Shown here piece by piece: positions 37,387 to 51,110 of a DNA stretch of 64,000 nucleotides. The stretch spans positions 685,588 through 749,587 of the forward strand of contig JAIVFI010000015.1 of the NCBI GenBank assembly GCA_025558095.1, given 5' to 3'. Under the pieces are notes generated by a model. It had not been told where the DNA came from. It was given only the letters and a program-made list of their open reading frames with translations, and searched no databases. Source of the stretch: Hyaloraphidium curvatum SAG 235-1. Taxonomy: Eukaryota; Fungi; Monoblepharomycota. The translations under genes and the position numbers were made by a program. The stretch's first letter is position 1. Every line of letters begins with the position of its first letter.

Positions 37387-38446
37387 GGTCGGTTGTTCCT
37401 GCAAGGGGGTAAAGGGTGATCAGCGCCACTGTTAATTGAAGCCTCGAGGTAGAGCACGGGCCGCGGCGGATTCCGCCGCCCAATCCACGGAAAGCGAAGG
37501 AAGGGCTCTCGCGAAATCGCATGCCGCAGGAGCGCGAATCGCCCAGCGGAACTTGTCCTCGCCGACAATGCATCGAGTTGCCACCGGCCCCGGTATCCCA
37601 CGCCAGATCACCGCGCCGGCCAAAAAAAGGCGCACTTCCGTGCTCGGAGAGTGCTCCCCGTCTCCGAAAAACAAGAGCGGGGTCCAGGTGCCCACCTCGT
37701 TCAGGTCTGGGCGTCCGTCGAGCGCGCGAGATAAGGCGCGACAGGTGGTTCAGGCACCGGAGGTCGGTGGGCGAAGAGGCGAAATGAGAGGCGCGCAGTA
37801 TAGCAGAAGTCGAGCGGCAGGCAAGGACAGAGGAGCGGAGCGGGCTCAGCAGAGTTCCGGTGGCGCTCGGGTGTGCCGGACCCGGCGCAACGGCACCGCG
37901 GGTTCTGGCGACGCGCCGCTGGAATGCCCACCTGGAGAGCTACGGAGCGTAACAGCCGGCGAAAGAGGACGGCGCTGAGGCAGGCAGACGAGCGGTGCTT
38001 GTGCGATGAGGTGGAGCAATCGGAGAGATCGGTGGGCGTGCTTTGGATTTGGCGCGCGGCGGCAGGGAGCGGAGGCGATAAGAACCCCCGCCGGCCAACT
38101 CGACTTTCACCACCGGGCGTGCATCGCAGACACCGGCAGGCGCAGCAGACGCTCCGTGATATCCTACCTGCTGACGGAGGCCTTGCGGCCATGCGTCCTC
38201 GCAAGGTTGAGGCCGGGACCGCCAAAAGCGCAACAATGATCGCCTCGATCAGGCGCGGCGCGGCGGCATCCGGACCGCGGTGGCGGCACCGCCAATCTCC
38301 AACGGTCTCGAGCTTTGAGCTTTGGAGCTTTGGAGAGCTTCGGCGAAGGAGATAGACATAACGACTCTAACCATGTACACTCCCAATGCACGCGCTCTAC
38401 AAGCGGGCGCTCTTTTTCCCGGCGGCGGCCCCGGCGTTCGACGCCC

Positions 38447-40325
38447 TCACTGCTGGGCTTCCACGGCGATTTTGGCGACCTCTGCCGACTCGGCCACCTC
38501 GCCCGGCGCGCCCTTGAGCGCGGCCTCCATGTGCGCGAGCTCCTCCTCCGACACTTGGGAGATGGGGCCCTTGAACCATTTGCGGGCCGACGCCATCCAC
38601 GAGATGCCGGTGTAGATGAGGACGGCGCCGAGCATGAGCGAGGCGTAGCTGGAGGGGACGGGGATCAGCGCCGGTATTCTCGGGCGCCGCCACGGGAACA
38701 CACTTCATGTTTTGGGCCGTGACGGGCATGACCTGCGGCAGGCAGAGCAGAACGAAGAGGAAAGCGACCCAGAAGACCGCGATCCAGCCGATCAGGACCG
38801 AGAACCGGCCGAGGTTCTGCGATCGCGGGCGCAGGAGTCAGACCGGGCAACGGATCCTCACAGACGGTCCACTCACGAACTCGGCCTGCTTGAACTTGTC
38901 CTTGCCGAACGTGAGCCGGACAAACACCGGGATCACGTAGGCGGTGTTGAGGCCGATCGTGCCGACCGAGTTGAAGGCAAACAGCGCGATCGGCGTCCCC
39001 AGCGAGATGAGGGAGAGGAGGTAGCACACCGTGCACGAGAGCCAGATGGTCCGGAGGGGCAGCTTGGTGCTCGAGTGGGTCCAGTAGAAGAACTTGGGCA
39101 GCGCGCCGTCGCGGGAGAAGGAGTACATCATCCGCGAGTTGGCGGTGATGGCCGACACAACGCAGCAGAAGGAGCCGAGGGTGATGATCAGGAGGAGGAT
39201 CGTGCCGCCGACCTGGCCGGCGCAGTCGACCAGGATCTGGACGACGGGGAAGCCGTACTGGAGGAGAGCCGGGCAAGGTCAGCGCCACTGCCACGCGCGG
39301 TGCGGAGGAGGCCCACCGGAGTGGTCAGGGTTTGCTCGTAGTTCTGGATGCAGGCAAAGTAGGCGATAACGAGCAGCCAGCCGCCGACGATGGACCAAAT
39401 CATCGAGTGGATCATGCCCTTGCTAGCCGCGGTGTGGCTCGACTGGGTCTCCTCGGAAAGGTGGGCCGAGGCGTCGTAGCCGATGAAGGTGTACCCGGGA
39501 AGCAGGAAGCCGATCATGAAGGCCAGGCCGTAATTGTTCCAGCCGGTAAGGTCGACGACCTCGGTGAAAAGCCACTTCGCAGACTGGCGCGTCGGAGCGG
39601 TCGCGAGCAGGGTGATGAAGATGGCGAGGGAACCGAAAACGTGCACGCCGACGGAGAAGTTGGTCCAGATGGCGAGCGTGCGGTCGGACACCGAGTTGAC
39701 GAGGCCGGCGAGGACCATGACGCCGAGGTTGATGGCGACGATGTAGCCCTGCTTGTACTCGAACTCGTGGTTGATCGCGATCAGGCCGTAGATGAAGAGG
39801 GACACCTGGTAGCACGCGCCCGTGATGCCGCCGATCTCGCCGGCGATGTTCATCCAGCCGTTGAGCCAAGCGAAGAACGGTCCCCAGGTATCGCCGCCGA
39901 GCTTGGCGGACCAGTCTGCGGGTTCGGGGCGTCAGGGGTTGCCGCTCAAGGGGCGTCTCGAGCGTGGGACCCACAGTAGAGACCTCCGGCAGTCGGGTAC
40001 GCTGAGCAGATCTCGGCCATCGCCGAGCAGACCGTCATGGCAAAGCCGCCGACGATGAGCCAGCCCCAGACGGCCGAGGCCGGACCACCCGCCACCATGA
40101 CGAAGCCGACGAGCGGGGCGATACCAATGAGGATGGAGATGTGCGAGAAGGAGATGCCGACTGAAGCGAGGGGCGGCGTCAGCTGCTGATCACGCGGCGC
40201 GCCGGGCCGGACGACGAACAGTTGTGGAAGGCCGTCAGGCCCCGCTTGAACTCCTGCTTGTAGCCCATCTTGGCGAGCCGGACCTCATCTTCGGTCAAGC
40301 CGGCCGTGTTGGCTGCGTTTGCCAT
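38447..40325 (-). CDS. APC-superfamily amino acid/GABA/choline permease (copy 2, tandem paralogue)
   Basis: Same motifs as copy 1 with highly similar exons and diverged introns. Confidence 0.92.
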
Positions 40326-41515
40326 CTTGGGCAGGATCTGCTGCGGGGGCGGGGTGATCAGCGAGCTGCAGAGAACGTCCGACGGCCAGCAGCTTGGAAG
40401 AATGTTGGGCTGGCAGCCCACGACATGCAGGCGAGCACCGGCGGTGCGCAACCTTAGGCAGCACAGGGAGGTTGACGGCCAGAGCCTCTTCCGCCTCAAC
40501 CGGTGGGTTGACCCCGTCCACTGCCACCGGTCGCCGCCCGTTGCGTGCGACCACGGCAAGTTCTCCCACGTATACCCGTCCTTCGAAGAAGCGTGCTTCG
40601 GCGCCCACCTTTGGTCGAAGGGGTGTGGGAGGCGGAGGCGGAACGGATCACTCGCGGCGAGTTTCAGGCACCTGCACTTCCACGGCGCCGGGGAGGGCAG
40701 CGGGGCGGAGAACGGCGCGGGAGAGCGCAGCGAGGTTGAAAAACCGCGGGCGAACGGGCGGCGGGTGGTCAGCGTCGTGTGGCGTCGGAGCCGCATCCCA
40801 GCGCAACGCCAACGGGACGTGCCTGGGCGTGTTGCGTACGGGACGCCCGATGCCCACCTCTGGCCCAGGGCTGCAAAGGGAGGGACCTCGACGGGCGTTC
40901 GCGAGGGTGCGGGGGCGGTGCCTGTCGCTGCCTCGGCCGGGGCGCCGGAGTGAGTGCGGGGGGATGGTGCAATGGGCGCCGTCGACCACGCGATCGGTGC
41001 CGCATCGCCGACGATCCCGCGGAACCCCCCAACTGGACTTCGGCCCAATATTGCCAAGTCGGAACAGGCGGAGCTGGATGGAGTTAATCGGAACTAGGCA
41101 CAGGCAAATTCTTGGGGAGCTTCGTGCTCGGTCGCCTGCCAGAACTTCCCCGACGATTCGGTGGTTCACTTTCGGATCGAAGCCGCTCTACCACCGCCAT
41201 CCCGGCCCATCTGGGCTCCGCCGTTGCCATTCAGTCCGTTCGATGTTGCGGCTGCCCGGGCTGTTGAGAAGCGGCGATCGACGGTCCCCCATCGTCTCCC
41301 ACCGGCCGTCGAACGGCCGAGGGTCCGGGCCCTCGACGAATCGGGAAGCGCGAAAACCGCCCGCACGCCTTTTCGGCCGCGCTTCTTGCGCGCTTCTCAA
41401 CTCGAAACGAAGGTCGAAATGAAGAAAATAGACGCTCCTCAGCACACCGCAACTATAGAATCGGCACATGCCGGCGTAATTACAGCTCTATGTCTATGTC
41501 CGCCCCGCAGCCCTC

Positions 41516-42939
41516 TCACTCGGCTTTGTCGGTCTTCTCGGGCTCGTAGGTCGTCTCGAGCGACGTCACCTGCACGAAATGCATGAGGCGACGTATCATC
41601 AACACCTAAGGAGGCGCATCCCACCTTCTGCCCCGCGGCCTTGGCCTTCTTCCACGAGAGGTACTTGGCGTTGGTCCCGCCGAACAGGTCGTCCCAGAAA
41701 CGGAAGTAGGTGAGCGAGTAGTTGCCCACGTTGTGCGAGTGGTGGTAATCTGCGGGCCCGAACGGTCAGCGGCCCTCCCAGGTGCGGGCGCCGCGCTCGG
41801 ACCCACCGTGGAACTCGACGCCCAGGAAGGGCCACCAGTTCAGCGGGTCCCACGGGAACTGGTACGCGAGGTGCTCGTGCAGGTTGAAGAGCTCGGCGAG
41901 GAAGCGCGTGCAGAGCTGCGCAAAGAGGGAGTTCTTCATGATGTAGGCTGGGGAGCGCGTGCCGTCAGATGGGACCGTCGCGCACGCCGAAGAGGGCACA
42001 ACGCACGCAGGATGTAGGTCCCGGGGTAGCTCTGGAAGGCGCCCTCGATGGCGCCGCCGTAGAAGGAGGCGTACACGGAACAGACGTTGAACTCGTGCTG
42101 CCAAGGAGCGGTCAGCACCGCTGCGGAGGATCGCCCAGCGGGACACTCACGTGCTGCTTGTGCAGGTACTTGTACAGCTTCGGGTTTTCGTGCACCGTGC
42201 GGTGGTACCTGCCGGACCGGGAATCAGGCACCGCCAACCTGCATGCCGCCGCCGAGAGGCCCCCGCACCAGTATCCGAAAAAGTCGGAGATCAGTATCAC
42301 GGGCAGCACGTCGCCGACGAGGGAGCCGAACGACTTGGGGAGCCCGGTGAGGGAGATGCGGCCCTGGAAGAAGAGCCAGTACACGAGGGCGTCCTGGAGG
42401 ATGTTGGTGAAGTGGCGGCCTTCGATGAGGGCTGGGAGGACAGGGTGAGACACCACCCCGGGCGGGCCGGCCGCCGTCGTCCTTCAGAGCCCCAGACCGG
42501 GCCCATGGGCCGCCATCATCCAGCACGTCTGCAACCAGCTGGCGAAACAGGCTCCTCCCAACCCCCCGTCGGTGCTCACATCGGAAAGCTTTCGCCTCCA
42601 GGTCCTTCGGCGCGAATTTGTTCTGGATGATCTTGTACTTCCGCCAGGGCCCGTCGTACTTGTCAAACAGCGTGAAAAGGATCGTGAGGGGTATCACGGC
42701 GATCTCCGAGACGACGAAGCCGCAGAGGGCGTAGCTGTTTGGCCGTTCCGGGGCGAGGTGGCGAGGAGCGTCAGGGGCGGGCGAGTGGCCGTCAGCGGCG
42801 CACCGGGCGGCAACAAGCCGGAGACCCACGTGAATGGCTCGCCGACGGTGGCGACCATCGAGAGGATCATGGAGTTGTAGCTCGCCTCGAGGCTGCCGAA
42901 GAAGGTCCCGCCCGCGGCAGACGCCGTGGAGTTGGCCAT
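41516..42939 (-). CDS. Fatty-acid hydroxylase/sterol desaturase family protein (ERG25-like; many exons)
   Basis: His boxes YHRTVH, HKQH/H and H/DYHH; GNYSLTYFRFWDDLFG. Confidence 0.85.
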
Positions 42940-44242
42940 GGCGCCGGGCACAACGAGCTACGAGGAGACGCGCGCTCAAAAGGGAGGTCCCGGAGCGACC
43001 GCAGTCCAGTAAGAGTGGAGAGCCGGGGAAGGTGAGCAAGGACTCGCGGCGGGGCGGGGTGGTGGCTGGGGCGGATCAGATTGCGATCGCGATCGCGGCC
43101 AGGCGCCACCCGAGAACGGCGATTCGAAGTGGGCGGAGCCGATCTAATGGTGAATTGCAGACGGATCGGGCCGGCGGGCGTGGTTGGCAATTCTTCGTCG
43201 GGGCTCGAGGGAGATCTATCGTAGAGTGTCTGCGTCCTCGCACTGTGGCATCAACCACCGAAAGTAAGGGAAGCCCCAACACGCACGCGACCTTGCCGTT
43301 CTTCGGCGCCGGACACGCTTGACTCGTTCTTTCGGATGTGGCAGGCGGCATGCCGTCTCATGTTCTCGGAGTAAGCGCCGACCTAGCACCGCGGCCACCG
43401 ACCCGACCGAGATCGCCAGAGCTGGCGTAAGCTTCATCCTTCAGCAAATTTTAGGCAGGATTATTGTGTCCGATCGCGTTGCGGGCGGCTCGAGCGACAG
43501 ACGCCATGATTCGCCGAAGCGCCGAGCGCTCGGAGGTTTCAAAGCGGGCCGACTCGACGCGCAATACGATACAAAGGGCACGACGCTGGCCGTCCTATCA
43601 TCCTCTTCCCGCTGAGATGGTTCCATCGGGTTCAGAGCCAGCGCGCCTCCCGTCCGGAACACGTCCAACGCGACGCCATCCCCGCGCGATGCGCCCCACG
43701 CGTCGCTCGCCACCTCCCCTACGAAATGCTCGTCCACATATTCTGCATCTCGATGGAATCATGGAGGGAGTATGACTCGAAACAGTGCCTCGCCCGGTGC
43801 GCTGGGGCGTCGAGGGAGCTCGGCTCGCTCGCGATGCCGCCCCCCCTGGAGATGTTCGACCTCGAGAGGAAGAGCCTGGCTTCCTTGGCGGAACTGGAGA
43901 TGTGGAAACAGATGTGGAAACGCTGGTCGGGATCGCGCAGCCGCCATGCCGGGGCGTGAGCAGTCGGAGAGACGCGGATCGGGGCCCTGGGCAGGCAGTG
44001 CCGGAGCCCCGGTCAGCAATCACGCCTCTGCATAATCTCCGGATGTGTTTTCGACGTCCAACTGATGGCTAGCCCACGCCTCCCGCCGTGTCCGGGGTCT
44101 TTCGATCGCCAGGGCTCAGGGACCCCTCGTGCGCGCCACACAGGCCGAGTCTCCCCGGCCCGCTCCCGCCGCCTGCACCGGCCGCCGCCCTCCTCCTGCC
44201 CCCTCCTGCCCCGCATCGCATCCCCCATTAGTGTTTCCCGCG

Positions 44243-46533
44243 ATGGCCGACGCGTCCAAGCCCGCGGCGGTGCGCAAGACCAAGATCGTGTCGACGCTCG
44301 GCCCCGCGTCGTTTGGCAAGATCAAGGAGCTCATGGAGGCCGGTGGGCGTCGCCTTCTCGCCGGACGGAGTCGCCGAATGTGTCGCCGGAGGGAGGACGG
44401 CGGGCAGCCGGCGGGCGCCGTGCCCCGATTCCGCCTGTTCTGACTCCGGACCTCCGCCCGCCGCGAATCTCCGCCCGCGGCCCCTCCCACGCGTCCGACC
44501 CGCTCATTTTAACGCCCTTTATTCCCATGAAGGCGTCAACGTGTTCCGCCTGGTGCGTTCACCCTCTGCCTCCCGCCCTTATTGGTCCTAGCTCACTCCT
44601 CCCGCAGAACTTCTCGCACTCCAAGGAGCCCGAGAAGGACCTCGCGCCCGCCATCCTCGACGTGCGCAAGTACTCCCGCGAGCTGGGCCTGCCCGTCGCG
44701 CTCCTTGGTGGGCTGCCCTCCCCCTTCCCTTCGCGCCGCGCTCACCCTGCCCGCCCTTGAAGGCGACATGTGCGGCCCCAAGGTCCGCTGCAACGGCTTC
44801 AAGACCCCCTCCAACTCTATCGACCTCAAGCGCGGCCAGAAGATCAAGCTGAAGTATTCGGAGGAGGACGGCGATGACACGGTGATCACCACGTCCATCG
44901 AGCCCGTGGCGCGGCAGCTCGAGGTCGGGCACAGGGTGCTGCTGGACGACGGGCAGGTCAGCCTCAAGGTGCTCTCGCGGGAGGGCACGCACGAGATCAC
45001 GTGCGAGGTGCTGAACGACTGGACGCTCAAGAGCCGGTGCGTCGCCCGCGGCCAACCTCCCCGCTCGTGGCTGACGCTCCAGGATTGCGCGGTCCAGCAA
45101 GGGCATCAACGTCCCCGACGTCATGCTCGACATCCCCGCCGTGACGGACAAGGACAAGTCCGACGTCGGGTTCGCGTGGAAGTACCGCCTGGAGTACGTC
45201 GCCGAGTCCTTCGTGCAGAGCGGCAAGGACGTGCAGATGATGATCGATGTGGGTGGACGGCGCCGTGGGCAACGGACGCGGGCGCTCACGGGCCTTCTCC
45301 CCGGGCGTGCGGAACGGCAGACGATCGAGCACTGGCGCCAGCAGGAGCTCGCCGCCCCCGCGGCCGAGCGCCAGTGGAACGCGCTGGACGAGACCGACGA
45401 TGGCTTCGTCAAGGTGGACACCAAGACGTGGCGGCCCAACATCATCTGCAAGATCGAGAAGCCGCAGGCGCTCGACAACATCGACGACATCATCAAGCTC
45501 GCCGACGGCATCATGGTTGCCCGGTTCGTGGACGCCGGTGTGCCGTTTGGCGGGGGTGCTGACGACTTGGGCCCCCGCCCGTGAAGCGGAGACCTCGGCG
45601 TCGAGTGCTCCCTCGAGGCCGTGCCCGTGGCGCAAAAGACGCTCATCCGCAAGACCAACCTCGCGGAAAAGCCGGTGATCACGGCCACGCAGATGCTCGA
45701 GAGCATGATCCACGCTCCCGGTACCCCGCCTTCCTTCCGCCCCGCCGGAACGGGCCGCTGACGCGCCCGCCCGCAGTCCCCACCCGCGCCGAGGTCTCGG
45801 ACGTCGCCAACGCCATCTTCGACGGCACCGACGCCGTCATGACCTCGGGGGAAACCGCCGCCGGCGAGTACCCCGTCGAGACGGCGCGCCAGATGGCCTC
45901 GATCTGCCTCGCCGCCGACGCCGAGACGGGGCTGCAGCTCCCCGCGCTTCACGTGCTGGGCAAGCGCGACGAGCAGGAGAATGCCCGCCCGGAGGGGAGG
46001 ACGGGGGGGCCCGTGCCGCCGGGTTGGGGGCACTCGATGGCGGACGCGGCGGTGGCGGCCGCGGAGGAGGCGGGGGCGGATGCGATCGTGGTCATCACGG
46101 GGACGGGGCACATGGTGGGCTGCTCCCTCCCTGGGGGTTGGTGCGCCGGGGGGATGGGGACTGACGCTATCCGCGCAGGCCAAGCTCATCTCCAAACTCA
46201 GGCCGCCGGTCAAGATCATCGCCGTCACCGGCAACCGCTCCACCTACCGGTGCGCACTTCCCGTCTCCCGCCTCCCGCAACGGGCCCGCTAACGCCCGCC
46301 GCAGCCGGATGAACCTCTACCGCGGCGTCACCCCCTTCTTCTCGGAGCACCTCCGCACCGCCGCGGCCGCGGAGCACAAATCCGCCCCGCTGGCGCAGCT
46401 CTCGATCCAGCTCAGCGGCACCCACCTCGGCAAGGACGACACGGTGATCGTCGTGTGCGGGTACTTCCCCGAGGTGCCCGTGCTGTCCAACTCGGTGAGG
46501 ATCGGCAAGGCGGGGATGCTCTCGGGGGCGTGA
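44243..46533 (+). CDS. PYK: Pyruvate kinase (multi-exon)
   Basis: [80 protein letters not shown]. Confidence 0.95.
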
Positions 46534-48537
46534 TCGAGCGCAGAGGTGCTGTTTCGGATCGGTGAGGGGGGAAGAAAAATGGGTGCGGTACGGTGGTGAA
46601 AGGTGGCCGTCCGATCGTGCGATCGGTCCGCGATCCGTGCCGTCCGGCCAGGATGTGAGACGATTCCGTATAGAAGGCGGAAGGGAAGTGAGACGCAGCC
46701 TAAATCCGCCCAACCCGCCCGGCGCGCTGCCCGTGGCGCCGCGGTTTTCGCACACTCTGACTGTGGGAATTCTTGCCGGAGAAGGATGCGCACGAAGTGG
46801 GGCCGCGGGATGCGCCCACATGGGGAAAAGCACGGGGTGGAAGCCCGCGTCTCACGGTGGCGCGGCGCCCGGCCGCCAGGCGCGGCCGCACCCCCTTTCC
46901 CCCCTTCCCAGCAAGCTTCCCGGGCATCCACTCCTTCGGCCGATCGGAGAATTGAGTTGAATCGCCAGCCTGCGCTTCGGGGCATGCGATCCGCAGGGTC
47001 CGCCGGGGTGGCCGCTTCGGATGGCCGTGCGGCACGATCGGCCGGAGCGCGGCACCGATCAAGGCGGCGCCGCCTGTCAATTTGAAAACTCGCCGCTCGG
47101 CATGGAAGTGCCCTGCGGAGGCGTAAGAATGGCGGGACGGGACGGGCGGAACCCCATCTGCGGCGCGGAGGCGTGCTCTCCAAGGCGGAAGCGCGTGTCG
47201 GACGGTGTCGGCTCCGGCGCCAACCAACACCCGAAGCGCCACCGGACGGAGGAATCGGCCTACCCGACACCACCTCAGGCCGCGCCGAGGGTTTTCTTGC
47301 TGCCCGCCGCCGGGGGCGCGTGGGCGGAGCTCGTCAAGTGCGCGCTGGCTCTGAAAGAATGGTGCGCGTTGCCACCGGGCAGGATGGCCCGACGGAACTG
47401 ATTCGTCGTTTGGCAGGGAACACAGGGGTCACTTTGCACCCGGACGATGCGCGGCGGACGAGCCACGGCGGGACCCGCTGGACGGGCACCCCTTTGCCGC
47501 GCTCTTCCTCCTCCTCCGGCTCTCCAAATCCCTGCCCCTCCCCCTTTCCGCCCTCCCCGCGGCCGCCTCGTACCTCTCTCGTCTTCCCCCCCTCTCCCTC
47601 CCACCCGGACTGGTACTGACAGCCTGCCTCTCGCTGGCGAGCAAGTGGCTCATTGACGGCCGGGGGCCGACCTGCGCCGAGTGGGGCGCGGCGGGGGAGT
47701 GGACGGGCAAGGAAGTGAGGTGGGGGGAGAAAGTGGTGTGGGAGGGGTTGGGGCACGATTGCGGGTGGTGGCAGCGCGGCGAAGGGGGATCGGTCGCTCG
47801 TGACGGGAACGGCCAGGGCGACGAGGAAGAGGAAGGGGACTTCGGCGGCCGGACTACCTTCCCGGGAGCGAGGTACGCTGTGGTGCCCCTCCTCCCTGGA
47901 TGGGACCCGGCATCGGTGCCGTGGGGCCGCAGCCTGGCTGCGGACTTCCTCCCCGGGTGGCCGCACGGCCAGTCAGCATCGACGGAACACATGTAAGCAC
48001 CGCCCGGGGCGGGTCCCCCTTGCGGAAAAATAGCTATCTTTACCGTCCGACGAGCGAGGGTGCGTGCGAGGTTTGGCTTCGAAGGGCCGATCCGTCGGAC
48101 CGGGGGAAGGTGGACGGATCCGACCGGGGGCCCGCCCGCATCTCGCCCGAACCGTGCCCCCCTGCGCCCCGAAGGATTTCCGGAAAACGCGAGACTCTAC
48201 CGCCCGCCCCCCCTCCTGCCGTGCGATCCCCACCGCACGGGGATGGGGCAGCTGTGGGGACCCTCGGCGGACGCTCGTCGGGTCGGAGCTGTGCCGGTGG
48301 CAAATGAGTCCCACCTTTCCTTCCGATCGTGGTCGCGGCGCGGGGGGAATGGGGGGCGGAAACCATCCGGGGTGGCGGGGGGACGGTAGCGGGGGCGGCA
48401 ACCGCCGGCAGGGGACGGGGACGCGGGGGGACGGCGCTGACATCAACGAGGGTCGGCGGCTGGGGACGGATGTCGAAAAACAAGGGCCGGGGGCGCGTCA
48501 CGGACGGTTAAACCCAAACATAGACCGGAAAACGAAC

Positions 48538-50151
48538 ATGCCGGGCAGCCGGGGACCGATGCTGCTCGACGACACGCCGATGGGCCACGCCGGGCCGCCT
48601 CCGGCGCCGGCGGCCCCGGCGTCGCTGCCGCCGCACCACGGGTGCCAACCGGGAACCCCCGACCCCTTTGCGCCGCCGAGGTGGACGTCCCTCCGCGATG
48701 AGGACCCGAGGGCGCCGCCGGCACCTCCCGCAAGGAGGCACTCCGCCGCTCCCAACAGTTTCGCGTGGGAGCCATGGAGGGGACGGCGGGGGAGCGAGGG
48801 GCAGCTCAAACTGCTGGCGATGCTGGAGGCCAGCAAGGCCGCCGAGGCCGCCGCCGCCGGCTCTCTACCACGCACCGCACCCTCCGCCCCGCCGCTTGAG
48901 GACCGCAGCCTGCCCTTCCCCCCCTCCGCCGGCTCCTTCCCATTGGGCACATCCGGGCCCCTCCTCGCCCCCCCTCTTTTCCTCGCCGGCACCCCCTCCC
49001 ATGACCAGTTCCCGGCTTCGGTGCCGCCCCTCCCGCCGGTACTCGCCCCCGTGCCCGACCCCGAATCCGCCGAGCTCTACAGGGCGGGCCGCAAGCGCCG
49101 GCGGTGCTTCCGCGACCTGCGCCTGCTCGGCGCCGGCTCCGAGGGCCGGGTGAAGGAAGTGATCGACACCTCCACCGGGACGCACTACGCCCTCAAGACC
49201 ATCATGAAACCCCCCGCGGACCGCCCCGAGGAACGGAAGCAGTTCGAGCAATCCATGCGTGCCCGCTCCTCGGCGATGCGCGCCCTCTCCCACCCGCACG
49301 TGGTGGAGCACGCCGACGGCTTCGAATCCGCGAGCAAGTCCTACATTTTGACGGAGCTCGCCGCCGGGGGCGACCTCCGCGCCTACGCGGATCGCCGGGG
49401 CGGCACGCTGGCCGAGGACGAGGCGCTGCAGGTCGCCACCATCCTGCTGTCCACGCTGTCGTTTTTGCACTCCAAGGGGGTGGTGCACAGGGACATTAAG
49501 CCGACCAACGTTTTGCTCCGCCGGACGGACGACCTGGCTTCCTTGGTGCTCGCGGATTTCGGATCCGCGTGGGTGCGGAAGCCTGCGGGGCAGCAGCCCG
49601 AGCTCCCCTCCACGGGGCCGCCCTCCGATCCTGCACCGCAACCCGCCCAGCCATCCGCAGCCCCGACACCGTCGCAGGACGGGGTGATGAAGACCCTCGC
49701 GGGCACCCCCTTCGTACGTCCGCCCACTCTCCCACCCCTCCTTTCTAACCCCCATCCCTCTCTATATACTCCGCAGTATCTCCCCCCCGAGCTCGTCACC
49801 GGCCTCCCATACACCCCCAAGGTCGACCTCTGGGCGCTGGGCTGCATGCTGTACGATCTCCTGTTCGGGAGGGCGCCGTTCGCCGACGCCGGCACGTTTC
49901 CGGAGCTCTTTTCGCGGATCTGCAAGGCCGACTTTACTTTTCCCCCGGGAAGCGGGGTGTCGGAGCAGGCCAAGGCGTTCATCAGGAGGCTGCTGGACCC
50001 GGACCAGGCGACGAGGCCGGGGGCGGACGAGGCGCTGCGGGTTCCGTGGATTTTGGGCGCCGGGGCGGGGGCGGCAGGGTATCATGGGAGGGAGGAGAGC
50101 GAGGGGGGGTGGAAGTGGACCGGGACTGTGGGAGCACGGGGCACGGGGTAG
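48538..50151 (+). CDS. CAMK-like Ser/Thr protein kinase (paralogue 4, DFG)
   Basis: LGAGSEGRV, YALK, HRDIKPTN, ADFG, GTPF/YLPPE (in-frame 63-nt intron 49714-49776), DLWALG. Confidence 0.9.
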   Translation: MPGSRGPMLLDDTPMGHAGPPPAPAAPASLPPHHGCQPGTPDPFAPPRWTSLRDEDPRAPPAPPARRHSAAPNSFAWEPWRGRRGSEGQLKLLAMLEASKAAEAAAAGSLPRTAPSAPPLEDRSLPFPPSAGSFPLGTSGPLLAPPLFLAGTPSHDQFPASVPPLPPVLAPVPDPESAELYRAGRKRRRCFRDLRLLGAGSEGRVKEVIDTSTGTHYALKTIMKPPADRPEERKQFEQSMRARSSAMRALSHPHVVEHADGFESASKSYILTELAAGGDLRAYADRRGGTLAEDEALQVATILLSTLSFLHSKGVVHRDIKPTNVLLRRTDDLASLVLADFGSAWVRKPAGQQPELPSTGPPSDPAPQPAQPSAAPTPSQDGVMKTLAGTPFVRPPTLPPLLSNPHPSLYTPQYLPPELVTGLPYTPKVDLWALGCMLYDLLFGRAPFADAGTFPELFSRICKADFTFPPGSGVSEQAKAFIRRLLDPDQATRPGADEALRVPWILGAGAGAAGYHGREESEGGWKWTGTVGARGTG

Positions 50152-50364
50152 CGCGGATGCGATGTGCGGCGGATGGGAGCTTGCGCACGGGGAAGAGAGG
50201 CTGCAGACCCCTCCACTACTCACTATCGGTGCTACGGGCCAACGCTCCCACATGTCCGCCTTCGCGGCAGCCCTCGATCCCCCCCGGAAGGCGGCTGGGG
50301 GCGCCATGGATGGCGATGCCGATCGGAGGGCCCGTAAACAACCGACAACAACCACCTCGCCGGA

Positions 50365-51110
50365 ATGAGCAGCTCGGCGCTCTGGAACGCGTTCTGGCTC
50401 GCCGCCGCCGCGGCAGGAAGTCAAGCACTCGCTGCGCTGCCGCCGGTGGCCTCGCTGACCGGCCCGCCCGGTGCGTGCCCCTGGGCCCCCCCCCCCGCCG
50501 GGTCCCTGAAAGGAGAGGCAGCCTCGACGAAGCCCTTCAGGACATTCGCGGATTTTTTTCCGTTTTATCTGACTGAGCACGCCGAGCCGCGGAACAGGCT
50601 GCTGCACTTTGTCGGCACCAGCATCGTCGCCTGGGTTCTGTGCCGCAACCCCGAGACCGCCGCGGCGATGGTCGGCGCGGGCGCACTCGGCGTGGCCCTC
50701 ACCGGCGTGCTCCAGGGCTGGTCCAACGGCGCGGCCGAGGGGCTGGCGGTGCTGGCCGCGTTCGCGGGGCTCAACAGGGCGCTGGGGAAGAAGTGGACCG
50801 TGGCGGGTCTTTCCGGACCTCTGCCGCCCTCCGTAATCCGGCTGACCGCGCCTGCCGTTCGGCAGACGGCGACGCCGGTATTTGTCGGCTACTTCTTCGC
50901 CTGGGTCGGCCACTTTGGCTTCGAGAAGAACCGCCCGGCGACCTTCATCTACGTGGGTCCCCCGTCGCCCGCCTGTCGCGCCGTTGATTTGCCGACCACC
51001 GTGGTTCGGACCGCCAGCCGACGTTCAGCCTCATGGGGGATTTCAAGATGTGGTTCGGGATCCTGACGGGCTCGATCAGGGGTATCGGTGCGGTGGACGA
51101 GATATTCTGA
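50365..51110 (+). CDS. DUF962/Mpo1-like membrane protein
   Basis: FFPFYLTEH....NRLLHFVGT and GYFFAWVGHFGFEKNRPATFIY/PTFSLMGDFKM. Confidence 0.87.
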
